DNA of 64,000 nt. It comes from Macrostomum lignano (Eukaryota). The stretch covers positions 267,306 through 331,305 of the forward strand of contig NIVC01000046.1 of assembly GCA_002269645.1 (NCBI GenBank), given 5' to 3'. Below are positions 1-11,865 of the stretch, one piece after another; positions within the stretch are counted from its first letter, which is position 1; each line of letters opens with the position of its first letter. A model generated the notes under the pieces. It saw only the letters and a list, made by a program, of their open reading frames with translations. It was not told the DNA's origin and ran no database searches. Made by a program: the position numbers and the translations under genes.

Positions 1-289
1 GAGCTGACTGCTCCCGATGCTGAAACAGAAGTCTTGGGGCGAAATGACTGTGAATAAAATTTACTGGTAGCTACTTGTGAGACCAATCTCTACTTGTGAT
101 GCGCTGATCTTTTTTCTAGTGAATCGGTTTTTCATTTCTCTGATATTTGCACACGAGAATAATTGAGTTGTGTGAGACAATTTCGCATTGATTCTCAAAA
201 TGCTCAACAATCTACTTGATCCTGCCTTTGTTGCCTTCCAATTACTATGATTTGTTTTACACAATTTTACAAATATTTTAATCCAAATT

Positions 290-630
290 ATCCTGATTTT
301 TCAATCTGTGCAATGAATATATTTTTAATAAATCATGTTTTATATATTCTTCTATTTTCGTTTTCAGATTAAATATATGCAATTGTGCTTATCTTTACAA
401 GCATATTTTACTGATAATATTATTTATTATTGAGTAGATGAATGAAACCAACAAGCTAAACAGTTTTTGTGTCTTTTGATTTATCGATTGTATTAATTGA
501 GCAGATTGAGTAACACTGTATACATGTAATTAGAAATTCAAATATATAGTTAATTGTAAATGTCAATGATATTATTTAGTTATTGTTAATTTCGAATAAA
601 TTCCAAGTAAAAAAAAAACGGAATTCGCAG
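290..630 (+). repeat. AT-rich dispersed repeat, copy 1 (copy 2 at ~23805-24140)
   Basis: Shares colinear blocks with 23805-24140, e.g. CCTGATTT..AATCTGTGCAATGAA..ATAAATCATGTTTT, GCATATTTTACT.ATA.TATTATTTATT, TAAATGTCA.TGAT and TTCCAAGTAAAAA. Confidence 0.7.
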
Positions 631-740
631 CTTTCTGTTACTGGAGACTGGCGTCTACATTCAGGAGAACTTTGATTACGTCATCTGTCATCCAGACTTT
701 TGGCCCAGTCTGTTGAAAGCTAGGAAACTATTGAAAACTA
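631..740 (+). CDS. MRPL1: Probable internal exon fragment of mitochondrial ribosomal protein L1 (uL1m)
   Basis: The frame starting at 632 reads FLLLETGVYIQENFDYVICHPDFWPSLLKARKLLKT. This resembles the uL1 motif FDxVIAxPDxxxxLxxLxKLL. A CAG acceptor ends at 630; no clean in-phase donor was found. Confidence 0.45.
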
Positions 741-1025
741 TACAAAAGTTACAATACAATAGTTACCAAACTATATGCCAGAGCTGTAGTTACTACCAGG
801 ATGTAACCACGTTTTGGTCGCGGGATCATGTGGGGAATTTTTCGAAATGTCCCAGATCCCCTTTGACCCACTGGGCAGAGCTGTCGGGACTGGGCCGGGT
901 CCCTGCCTGACCAGACCGACTGACTCCTGACTCAGCCACACTTGCCTTTCCGGAGCCCCTTTTTGTGCAACTCCGCCTGCCTTCCCGTTTCTCATGTTCC
1001 CCACCCCATTTATCATGTATTTCTC

Positions 1026-1800
1026 TTGACTTACTTTGACTTAGCTGCAGGGCTGTCCCGGAGGGGACACAGTGGGAAGGCGCGAGCGCCCATTCCGCTA
1101 GTCCCTGAACGGCCGACGCGTCGCTATGGACGGAGGGTTGGCGCCGCCCAGGGAGGTCCCCCAGTGTCGCCAGCAGCTATAATGCTCTCTGGAAAGGAGA
1201 GTTCAGCCCTGCGGGTGGCCCGAAGGTAGCGCATGAGCTGATTAAAGTTTTCGGGTTTGCACGCTTCAGTAATAGATGTGTGTGGCCCGAGGTAAGTGAG
1301 TCTGGCCCGCGTGAAGGCGGGACAGATGCTGACGAAATGCTCAGCGGTTTCGTCACCTGAGTTGCAGAAACTGCAGGTGGCGTTGGTGGCGTTGCCCTGC
1401 AGGTACTGGTGCCTGGAGAAGCAGCCGTGACCAGAGAGGGTCATGGTGGCAGCCCGGATGTCTCTGCGCGAGAGGCGCAAGAGAAGCTTCCGGAGCTGGT
1501 GAGAGGGCTGAGGGACAGCGCCTCTGGATTGCCTGCAGTTCGTGCGGTTCGCCCAAGTCGAGCGGTGCTGAGTCCTGATCCACGCTTTGATGCGCGAGTC
1601 GATGACACAGCCAGGAATCGGGACAAGAGGTTCGGGGCCGAGAGAGGAGCCGGAGGCACCAACTTTTGCAAGGGTGTCAGCCAACTCATTTCCTCGGATC
1701 CCCACATGCCCCGGAACCCACTTAAGGGTAATTTTGTTGGCGGAACCCAACACGTTGAGGAGTTTGATACAGTCGAGGATGTATTTCTCACGTTCCCCAT
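1026..1800 (-). mobile_element. 5'-truncated non-LTR retrotransposon 3' end (RNase H C-terminus + CCHC-like knuckle; I/R1/Loa-type group)
   Basis: ORF 1124-1753, extendable to ~1790, reads LDCIKLLNVLG..ITLKWVPGHVGIRGNELADTLAK (RNase H WVPGH..GNE.AD), then TLSGHG.F.RH and CSFC...DETAEHFV..C. A short AAGTC/AAGTA-type tail lies at ~1026-1045 on the minus strand. Confidence 0.85.
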
Positions 1801-2561
1801 CTTTTAATCGTGCATTAGCGAGTTTTCTTGCGCTTTCCCCTCCTCATCCCGTGCCTACTTAGAGTATTGTTTGTGCTCAGCGTCACCCCATCTCCTTTTA
1901 GGATCCCAATTTGTGACGCACGGTAGGTTCCTGACCCTGACACGATGACTCAAGTGATTTTCGGCGTGAGAACCAAAAATTTCTCGTCCTATCTTTGGAC
2001 TTGCTGTCAGACATTGATCTGACCCATTCGTCTATAGGACGAACCATAGATAAAGTATACATAGATTCCACCCCTACCCCCGCGGAGTGTCTAAATTGTG
2101 ACCATCACTTTATTCACTGCGCTCCTATTGGCTGGGCCACGCTATGCACATTGAGTCCACGTGTGTACATTCCCCCAACTCCGCTTTTCTATTATCTCCG
2201 CTTTAACTGTTGAAACTGGTAAGACATCCTTTCGTTCCGCGCATTAAAGTTATAAAGCTTTCTTGTGTGGAAGGGGTGAGGGAATGAAATCGAAGGTGTT
2301 GAAAGGAAGGCTTTCGCGCCAGCCAATGAGAGCACGGTGAGTTTTATGGTGGTCAAAGTTTGGACACGAGCGTGTGTACATTCTGGGCAGGGGTGGAATC
2401 TATGTATACTTTATCTATGGGACGAACCTCTGCCGGCCCGCGGTCTGTTACCGCCCAGCATCCTCAGCATCACCTGAGCTACATCAGCGCCTCGTCGCTT
2501 CAGCGCATCGCCGCTTCACTGCCTGCCTGTCCGAAGCCTACAGCCGTCCTCGGTCACTCCG

Positions 2562-2564
<3 letters not shown>

Positions 2565-2616
<52 letters not shown>
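2565..2616. repeat. (CT)n microsatellite
   Basis: Uninterrupted CT run. Confidence 0.98.
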
Positions 2617-2620
<4 letters not shown>

Positions 2621-5086
2621 AGCTGCCGGTGAGTTCCTGTACTGATACTCTAATTGACTTTGCTTATCCGGGGTTTGCTTATTTCCCATTGCTTGACTAG
2701 AGAACTGAGCCATTTGTGTACCGTACTTTGCTGTATTTTACTCATAGTGAAGCCGCCTAATTGCCTGATTATTTCGCCTAAGGGCCTAATTGTTAACGAT
2801 TACTAAACTCCTCATTTTTCACACCTTCACCATCACTTCACCCATGGCTTGCTAAGCCTTCTCCCGGGGTGGCAAAGCATAAGGAAGTTTGGGTAAGCTA
2901 ATGGCCTCTCCCCGTGCAAAGCCCGCCTGTGTGTTCGTGCTGCGGGTCCGTGTGTGCGTGCAGTAGAGGGAATTAGCGAGTCATGGCACAGAATGGCAGC
3001 AGGAAGGTTGCAACCCCATGCTGACGCGTCCCTTCGCCCTGAGCAATCTAAACTATAGCTAGTACATGTTCATCTCACACTACTCTTAGTAATTGAAGGC
3101 TCAAGTCCGCCTCATTCACAGCCACAAAGGATCCCCTGCTGAGAAATCCTCCAGATTGAGCCCAGAGTTCCCGATCATGCCCCAAGCAGAGGCCCTGTAC
3201 TCGGCTGCATGCGTCTCCCCTGTTAGCCTAAATCTCCTGGTAACCAATCCAGACGGGGCTCTAGCCTCGAGAGGTCTGGTCGTAAGATCCAGGTCACATA
3301 GAGTGGTGGCAGCCATTCGGTCACACTGTGACCGAGTGACCAATTATTGCACTTTGGCTACAGGTGGGGTCCGTGTGGGTCCTTGGCTACTTTTTAAAGG
3401 CTACTTTTCGCCGAGATATACACTACGGAGATAGGAAGTTTACATTTTTTCAGCACAAAAATTGTTATTGCTTTTGATAGGAGGCAGATCCAGTGTTCAT
3501 CTTTTGATATGTTGTGCCTTTCTTATCGCTCTATTGATATTCATATATAGCTTTCGTTCAGAAAACTAGGATTCAATGTAAACTTTTTATTCTACCTACA
3601 TTTCCTGTACCTAAAGATCATAAAAAGTATGGCACAGCTCAAATATTTTGTTTTATGAATCGATTTTATCATCTCTGTTACAAATATTGTTACACAGTCA
3701 GCTAAGGATGACAAAATAGATTCCAATGAGCTGAGCCGTGCCATTTTAATGGTCTTCATGCACAAGACATATGCAATTGTACGTAGAACAAGAAATTAAC
3801 ATTGAATCCTAATTTTCTGAACAAGCCTTCGGGCCTCAGGTCTCAGAAATAAATCAATTAGAGTCCTGGCCCCCCACTCCTGTCAGATGGTCAGCCCCAT
3901 GGTAGCTTGATCGTGTGGCGAGCAGTCTTAGGTCCTATAGCTAAGAGAGGGATAGCGAGAGACAAGCAGGGAGAATTTTGAAGGTAGAAATTAGCTAATC
4001 CGCAGACTAAGCTAACTCGCTGCCACCAGCCCGTGCGTCCTGGCTCACCACACCGGGGCTCTCGAAATCGGGCTTCCGACTAGAGGGGGCTTTGCATTTA
4101 CCTGCCAACTAGTGTCTTTTTGCTGTCAATCTCGAAGTCATAGCCGATGATAAGGGACACTGCTGGGACTAGATCGCATTGGCCATGCAGGTACAGAGGG
4201 GACTTGTGCAGGGGATTCTTGCAGTGGCGAGTCTATGGGGTAGCTACATGTACTATTACATTGCTAAATACGAGGAATTGTACTTTTGGCCTTTAACGCG
4301 CCAACCAGCCTCTCGTAGCGCTGATGATAGACTAACTCGAACTTCAGAGACCTCGCACGATTCATTACCCGAGCCGCTTGGCGAACCTAGAGTGCACAAA
4401 GTACATCTCTGGTGCCGATTCTGCACTTCTGGCAGTTTTGCTCACTGATTTGATTGATTGATCGACTGAGAACTGCTTTGCCATTGGTCCACTGTGACCG
4501 GCGCCTACTAGCTTAGCTATTCATCTGAGCCATCGGCGAACAAAGAAATAAAACCGATAAAAATAACTGTTAGATTTAACCTTCTCCTCAAATCACTTCA
4601 CACTTCAGATTGAATTGGAGTTTCAGACTACTAGAAGTATTATTGAATGACTTCTGCCTCGATTACAGCACTACTGAACAAAATGAGCAAAAGTGTGCGC
4701 CTAATTCAGCTACTGAAACAGGGGACAGATAAGGGATCACCCAATCAAGCAAGTCTAGGTAGCCCCTCACCCAACCAATCAGAAACTCAACAGCCGGAGA
4801 CCAGGAAATCCACAGTGACCGAATCGGCTTAGTGCTTCGCAGCTGTAGATTCGGGATGATGCTGACACAATCTTCGCTGATAGCTAGCAGGTGATGATCT
4901 TAACTTTGATGTTCGCTGCTGATGACCGGGGGACTCGTCCTTGATGATGATGGGGGAAGTCGCAGTCCTGGGATCAAGAAACGACGGTCGCGCTCCGGGA
5001 TGCCTCAAGCTAGGCTAAGGTCCCAGGAGGTGAGCGCAAGTCCGGAAGGTCGGAAGGTTGAGGTCCGAGTGGGCCAAAAACTCCGG

Positions 5087-5190
5087 TTTAAATAGCCGCC
5101 AACTGGACCGCAGTTTGTTATAACGGAACACGTCGATTCTGATTGGCTGAGCCGTTTTGTTAAAATGAGCGCCGAATTTTCTGATTGGCT
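5087..5190 (-). promoter_or_regulatory. Putative Pol II promoter facing left (two CCAAT boxes + TATA)
   Basis: CTGATTGGCT (reverse CCAAT) at 5139-5148 and 5181-5190, then TATTTAAA on the minus strand at 5087-5094. Confidence 0.35.
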
Positions 5191-6140
5191 AAGCTTGTCG
5201 CTACCCAGAATCACGTGACCGAGAGATCCTATCAGTTCCCACAGGGTCGTAAAGAGATGACAGGTGCGGCCATAAATCACTCAAAATCGCAACAAAATGA
5301 TTTATGACTTTTCGCGTAGGATTGACAGAAATTAATGAAAAAATATACATTAGAAAGCTCTTATTAAATAGAAAGTGAAGATAATGAAGAGAAATCGCTA
5401 ATCGCTAATCCCAAAGTACTTTTAGGGGTAAAACGTATAGCTGTCAAAGCTGTCACACGCTTGAGTGAATCCGAACAATAAGCTCTGACCTCATAAATCT
5501 TGATGGCCTGTCAAACTGATGCGAAAAAAGCTACCGCCCGCATCCTCTCAGACCATCTGGCGCCCGTTTCAACACTGAGTGAGGCGCAGGTGGCTGTCAG
5601 ACCAGCTTCGAAAGCGATGATTTATGACCCAAAAAGCAATGCCTATGTTATTATGACTACTAGTATGGCCAGACATTATATCTAGTATAGATTCTATGAC
5701 TATTCGCAGAAAAATGATAAAATGCCCACTGCCCACTGTTAGTAGGCAAGTAAGTTTAGAGCCCATGTGCTAGCGCGGGATTTGGGAAAAAGTGCGTCCT
5801 CATCACGTTGCTTTAGTTGTCCTTGGCAGAATTGCCTTACTGCTGGTTTTGCCTATAGTAGGGGCAATGACGCTCCAATTGAAGGGGATAACCTAGGAAC
5901 GAAATTGCATATATGACACCTTAATAAATATATCCAAGATATTAGGATGCAACCATGACGCAATTAAAAAGTCTTTTTACACTACTGCAAGTAGAAATGA
6001 TAATATATCTTTTCACAGACCCAAACGAAGAGTTAAACAAAATTACCCAAAAATTTTCATATCTTCGATACAGCATGCAAACAAAAATAGGACGAAAACT
6101 GACTAAAAAACTAAAAGTAAATTCGTATAATTAAAAAATA

Positions 6141-6181
6141 ATTTCAAAGCTCTCCATTTAATCCCATATATTGACAGCGCT
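6141..6181 (+). repeat. Left inverted repeat ATTTCAAAGCTCTCCATTTAATCCCATATATTGACAGCGCT
   Basis: Matches the reverse complement of 14649-14689 at 40 of 41 positions. Confidence 0.9.
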
Positions 6182-6461
6182 AGTTAGAGATGCTGAGTGT
6201 AACGGGTCAATCTGTCTACGGCATTCGTTGTCGGCTATAGTGCATCATACATGTAATTTCTGCATTTGTTACTTGATTCGGTATTTGACAGGTGTGATAA
6301 TTAGCTAAGAATGGGAATTAGGAATGTTTAGGAAATTAATAAAGCTACTGAAACTTTGAAGGGCGTAGGAAAAGAAGCAATATACTTATTTGTCATGTTT
6401 TTTTTCAATAAGATAGATGAGCGTAGTATAGTATAAGCATTTACATTGCAGCTTTACAAGA

Positions 6462-7348
6462 TTACATTTTAAAAGTACAGTTAAAGTTTTTGCATGAATA
6501 CAATTTGCTGGCTTCTGTCATGCGTTGATAAGCTTGGCAGAGCTGTTTAGAAGCGTTTTTTGGAGCCGCCTCTGCTCCGCTGGCGAATCGCCACTGGTGT
6601 AGCCACGCGCTAGAAGGAGGCTCATCAAAAAACTGCACGTGAATTTGCTTCGAGCAGAAGCTCTTGGTGCAGTTTGTTCCGCGCCGGGGTAGGCAAACCA
6701 TCGCCGGCCACCAGTTTTCTCCATCTGTTGGCCAGTAACCTAGTACAAGCGATCCAGGTTGAATTTTCTGACGCTTGGCTGCACTATCGGCTGGAGCTCG
6801 AGCTGGCGGTCGCTTTCTAGCTAGGCGACGTCCTGATCCTATGTGGACAGCGACATCAGCGGAAGCGTTGCCAGCGGCGGCATCGGCAGCGGAGGTTGAG
6901 GCGACGCCATCGCCAGCGGACGCGGAGACAACAGCGCCATCAATGTCGTTATCGCTGTTGCCGTACAGCTGGTTTACTATACCATTGAGATCCTCCGAGT
7001 TAAACGGCGAGTAGGACGGCGTCCGACAGGACGGTGTCAAGCAGCACGGCGCCAGCCACGGTGTCGCTAGGCACAGCGGCGCCAGACACGGTGGCGCCAG
7101 GCACAGCGTCGCCAGGCACAGCGCCACCAGCGGCAAGCAGGACGGGAGCAGTCGGCCGCTTTGTCTTCTTTGCCGCCGATGTCGATGCCGCTGGTTTTTT
7201 GCCATCGGCACGGCGGAGGAGCCCTGGACGCAGTCGCTGATGGGCCCGCAACCGACACGGAGTCCATGTCAGCAGACGGCGGATTTTGCATCCTATGCAG
7301 AATGCTGTCCAGGTCGTAATCTAATGGAGGAAAGATTGAAAGTAGCAA
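6462..7348 (-). CDS. PWWP-domain terminal exon preceded by a frameshifted Ala/Ser/Pro-rich linker
   Basis: KIQPGSLVLGYWPTDGENWWPAMV...IHVQFFDEPPSSAW fits the PWWP pattern (G.LV.AK..G..WWPA.V ... V.FF.....AW). The upstream linker is spread over ORFs 7067-7348, 7000-7251 and 6462-7211. Confidence 0.75.
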
Positions 7349-8741
7349 GTTTTTTAAGCGAATTCCTTTAACAAGGAGAAAAAAATTTAGAACTGACCAT
7401 CTTTTTTATTGCTAAGGGTAAATTTTTTGGTCATTTCTGACAAAATTAATAAATTTCTTTGCATTTATAGCGCATTTTAATCGTACGGGTTATTCGCAAA
7501 TTCTAATTTCCCTCAAATGCTAGCAACCATGCTGTACTCACTGTCGCCATCGATGCCGCCGGCGAGTTCGTTGGCCGCCCTCTGCAGCCGGCTGCCTTGA
7601 ATTGGAGCTTTGGCGCTCAGGATGTCCTCTTGCAGCGCTGTCGCACTCGACGCCAACTTCTTCGTTAGGTCACGTTTTTTCTTTCGCCTCTCCTTGGTCT
7701 GGCCCTGTTTGCATTTTCAGACGGGATTGCAGGTTTGATGGAGTCAGATCAGTAAAATTAATGAAAAAAATACGATATTGTTGGGCTGCGCCCTTCCAGT
7801 GCTTGTGTTTTCAGTTTTCATGCCACCCCGCCCCGTCCCCCGTCTCGCGCCCGGGCCAGGGTTTGTGAGAGGCGTAAGCCTTAACCCTGGCCTACCCCTT
7901 TCTGCACCCAGACCCCGGCGCAACTTCTGTCCAATCTAGGTGCTGACCCTACCCCCTCCCTCTTTGCCCGCCTCACCCTTGGGCTGCTCGTATTGGCTGG
8001 CTGGCTGAGAAGCCGGCTGGGCCCCAGGGTTTGGCTCGCCCTCTCCATTCTGCCCCACCCCTCCCCCCTTTTTTGTGTAAATATTATTTAAGGGCCCGCC
8101 CTAAGCGTGCTGCGCTCCACGTTTCTTTCTTTTTGTTTGTATTCTATCCCGTTCGTCGGCGTCCCTCTGCAAACCTGCTCTCTGCAAGCTAATAACTCGT
8201 GACTCCCGCAATCGCTGATTATTCTGCTTCGTGCCAATAAACGCTTCGCCAATAAACGCTTCGCGAATAAGTCTGTAAACGCAGAGGTGAGCACGTGCTT
8301 TCGTCTTTCGGGTTGCCGCGTGGGGCCGGGAGCTGGTAGGGACCTGGGACCGGTGAACACTCGCTGATCTCAGGGTGGTCGGTCCGGCGAACTCTCGCCG
8401 AGCCGAGCGAAGGGCGCGTAGGAGTAGCCGGGGTAGAGGGCTGGGACCGGGGTGTCTTAGGCGGGAGGACCCGAACCCTGACCCGTCCAGCGGCCATTAG
8501 GTCGAGACACAACAATATAATACTCGTAATGGTGTAAACTACATTCGTACATTGGTGCAAGGGCTCAAATGCGCAGCTTTAATGACTGAACCTATGTTAT
8601 ATGCAGCTATTCAGTGTATTGAATTTAGTTCTTATTCAGGACTATTTAGTTGCTAAGGCATCCAATTTTACGCTTAAAATGTAATTTTTGTCGTTTCAGA
8701 AGTCTTCTGTGACAATTATTTAGCAAATTTAGCAATTTTAC

Positions 8742-9205
8742 CTGGTAAAATTGGCGCTGCACACCTTCGTTGTGATTCTGGTGGTCAGCCATGAGCCGCT
8801 GTTCCTCCGCAGAGCAGTTCGACAGGCCCATGACTTCCAACCATTGCCGAAACTTTGAAACGGTAACGTTCTTGAGCAGTGGAGAATACCTTTCTCGATA
8901 TTGATAGAACAGTCTATCAAAGGACCCGTAAGGAAATACGAGCGTCAGGTCATCGTCCTTTGGACGCTCAGCGAAGCGCTGGGCCAGCAGCTGCATGAGC
9001 AGGTCGGCGCAGGGCGCGACGCTGGCCCAGGCCGACCCATGCTTGGCGTTGGACTTGTGACTTTGCACCTTTAACGGCTCGTTAGGTGCTTTGAGCCACC
9101 TTGAGCCGGGCGTCAGAGATTAGGCAGGTAGAGGCTACGCCTTGCCGGTTGGCATTTCCATCACCAAAACAGATAACCATGCCAACGGCCAGGTATGTCA
9201 CCGTC
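8742..9205 (-). pseudogene. Tyrosine recombinase catalytic exon (one frameshift near 9085-9110)
   Basis: Acceptor CAG ends at 9206 and donor GTAAAA starts at 8741. It reads YLAVGMVICFGDGNANRQGVA (R) / KVQSHKSNAKHGSA (K) ... NVTVSKFRQW (R) ... MADHQNHNEGVQRQFYQ (H, Y), the order of YR catalytic residues. Confidence 0.75.
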
Positions 9206-9437
9206 CTGTGAGGATGGAATTAGAGGTATTTATTTATTTAGAGGTAATTTTCTGAGCTGTCTCAGATTTCTGTAATTTCTGAGCTAATAAAATTTGCAGT
9301 GCCATTCTGAATACCAGTGCTATTTTGAATACAGTGCCATATTTATCCCAGTGCCATTTTGAATGCCAGTGTCATATTAAGCCCCATCAAACTTTTATAC
9401 CTCGGCATAAAAAGCATTGGGAAAAAATTTAACTCAC

Positions 9438-10399
9438 CTGTCCTTGGCTGATCGCGCTTCTGCCAGCACAGCGTCTTTCATCTGAAAGACTGCTGCAATC
9501 TGCTCGCCTGTGAGCAATTCTTCCTCTCGGCGGTCAACAAGCTTCGCGTAATATTCAGCCTTCGACCCCATTGAACTTGCAGACCAATATTTTGTGGACT
9601 GCCTGTACGAGGTCAGCTGTTGGTGCATCCCACCGTCTACGATCTGCTGGAAACGGCGGGTAATTTAAAAATTACCGAATTTCTCAAGTGCGGACACCAT
9701 TTGTTTTAGAATCGAGTAGGACAAACTGTTCAGGTACTCGCTGATTTTATCGCGCAGATCTTCGCTGATCAGTTGATTGAAGCTCGTAATGTCTAGACGC
9801 TGCATTAGCCGTTTGAGGTAGCAGCGGATCTCGCGGACCGTAGCCGGCTTTTTTCGTCCGCCGAGAGAGCTGGCCAGGAAGACGCAAAGTGCTTCCACGT
9901 CAACTGTCGATGGGTGCTCAGCCACTGCTACTCTGGCTGGCACTTTGGCCCTGGCTTCGATCAGTTTCTGCTCTTTCTCGGCTCGGACTACGCTAGGGTG
10001 GCTGTTTCGCTTGTGGCTGCTAAGCTGATTCGCGTTGTTCTTCCATTCGCCGCAGACTGCACACTGTAGTGCCGTCTCGGGCATCGGGCCAGCAGTTCTT
10101 TGGTGCGTATGCAGCTCAACTGCAGCTCGCAGCGCTTGCAGAGCTTTTCTCTGCAGAGCATCTGCTGGTTACTGTGCATTTACTGTGCAAACCTGTGCAG
10201 TTTCTGCTAGATTTTCTTTCGTGCTTTCTAGAACAGCTGAGTGCGCCCTTTTGATGTGTTCGCTGAATCTGGATTCTTTAATTGGCATGCAGCTGCCGAA
10301 CGGGCAAATGTATTCTTGCCCGGCCCGCGTTTTCTTTGGCTGCTGGGTGCTGGCGGGCTGCTGAATGGACGACTTTGTCCATTTCTCCCACTGCAACAA
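9438..10399 (-). pseudogene. N-terminal exons of the same YR gene: two C2H2-like zinc fingers + integrase SAM-like core-binding helices
   Basis: 10399-9665 is one frame with a single in-frame TAA (10169-10171). It contains CPFGSC..(x12)..HIKRAH, CAVC..(x12)..HKRNSH and TVREIRCYLKRLMQRL...SYSILKQMVSALEKF. Exon 9438-~9645 (..EELLTGEQI..AKDR) has a phase-2 GTGAGT donor matching the 9205 acceptor. Confidence 0.65.
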
Positions 10400-11081
10400 T
10401 TTTTCAATAAATGTTTTATCTATTGGAATTGAATTGAATTGAATTAAATAAGAATTGAAGGAATGATGCGAAATATAAATTCGAGAAATAGATTAAATAT
10501 GCAAGAAAGATGCAAGAAAATATGCTCAAAAATGGGGATGAAGTCAGTCGTCAACAATTCAAAGAGAAGATGAAATTTCATTGGTCGCAATCTTGACTCC
10601 AATATGGTGACTAATTAAAGTTTATAATTTTACATATTTGGAACTGCTTGACACGATTCTTTACAATAATGGCGCAATCATAAGTTTGGTGCAACAAATT
10701 TGCTTAGATAGATATCTTCCACCATGAACCACCTATCACTTTCACTGAGCATAGCGCAATCTTGAGCATACTCAGAGCACGTATTTGCTTTTAAACAATC
10801 GTGAAAACTGCGATTATTATCTTTAGCTCTATGGCAGAAAGGGAGACAACGAAAGGCGCTTGGTGAGAACACAGGTGGCACAATTGAGCCCAATGCCAAA
10901 ACACAAAGACGAAAAGACACGAAAGAAAACGAGTACAAAGCGAAAAAACACCGAGCACGAAGATTACGAGCATAACAACAGGAAATAAAACATTACAAAG
11001 GCAAGCAAGGACAGTAAAAGCAAAGGAACCGACGAAGAAAAAAGAAGTTAACAACACGCACAAAAACCATGAATGGCTGAG

Positions 11082-11865
11082 TTAGCAAAGCCGCTGCACC
11101 GCCTGAGCCATCTTCTTGGCAGCTCGGAAGGATAAGTCACTCTCAGGTAGGTAGCACCGAACCGCGTCGCTGCGCCAGTCACCGACAGCCTTGATCTCAT
11201 CCTCTGCCAGCTCAGCTCGAAGGCACCACGTAGCGCCGCCCCGCCGCAGGCTGTGCGCAGAGTACAGCACACCCTGGCCCTGAAGTCCAGCGCAGCGCAG
11301 GGAATTTCGGAGAAAGCGCACGAAATAGGAAGCTGACAGATTGACCCGCTTTGAGCCGCTTGACGCTGAGAAGAGCGGGGTGGACGGAGCCGAGATGCCA
11401 TTGACACGTAGGTGCCGCATCATGGCTTCAGTCGGGCAGAGTGGGTGGCCACCGGACAGTTTCGGCAGCAGCACGCGGTGCACCCGGGCTCCGAACTGGT
11501 TGGTTTTACTGTGCCTCAGGCTCAGAACCAGGCCGGATGGCACTGCTCTCAGGTCCCTTCGCTGGAGCGCTTGCACTCCTGCTGACTCGGGGAACAGGCT
11601 GGATTTGCGCAACATCGCCCACCAGCCGCACAGGATTGCCGCCCAGCATGCAACGCCTCGTGGGTCGCTATCGTGAATGGTGCGAAGAATGCGAAGCAGG
11701 TCGTCAGGTGAGAGGGCCTGAGCTCGCCGTGGTGTGCCGCTGAGGGCGCGCCTGGAGCCTCGAACCAGGAGGAGCACCAGGGGACGCTTCGTGATGTCGA
11801 CCGCGCTGGCGGATCTTAGAAAAGCAGAGATTGCGCTGAGATGTACTCGGAGGCTACTGGAGTGT
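11082..11865 (-). CDS. Ngaro-type tyrosine recombinase (N-terminus lost in the deletion)
   Basis: SLRVHLSAISAF..DITKRPLV (upstream of the called start), AMLRKSSL (R), HSKTNQFG (K), HSLRRGGAT (HxxR), GDWRSDAVRCY (W, Y): all catalytic residues present. Confidence 0.9.

Noticed and set aside
1-57. Short open frame ending in TAA at the window edge (ELTAPDAETEVLGRNDCE*)
   Set aside because: It may be a gene end, but 18 codons cannot be supported or identified
771-1016. ORF with GPGPVPT resembling a Gypsy integrase GPLP motif
   Set aside because: No accompanying D,D(35)E or zinc-finger residues; the similarity is too weak
1912-5457. TGTGAC...GTCACA as possible LTR/Ginger termini
   Set aside because: Only 6 bp, with no TSD, no second LTR and no coding remnants
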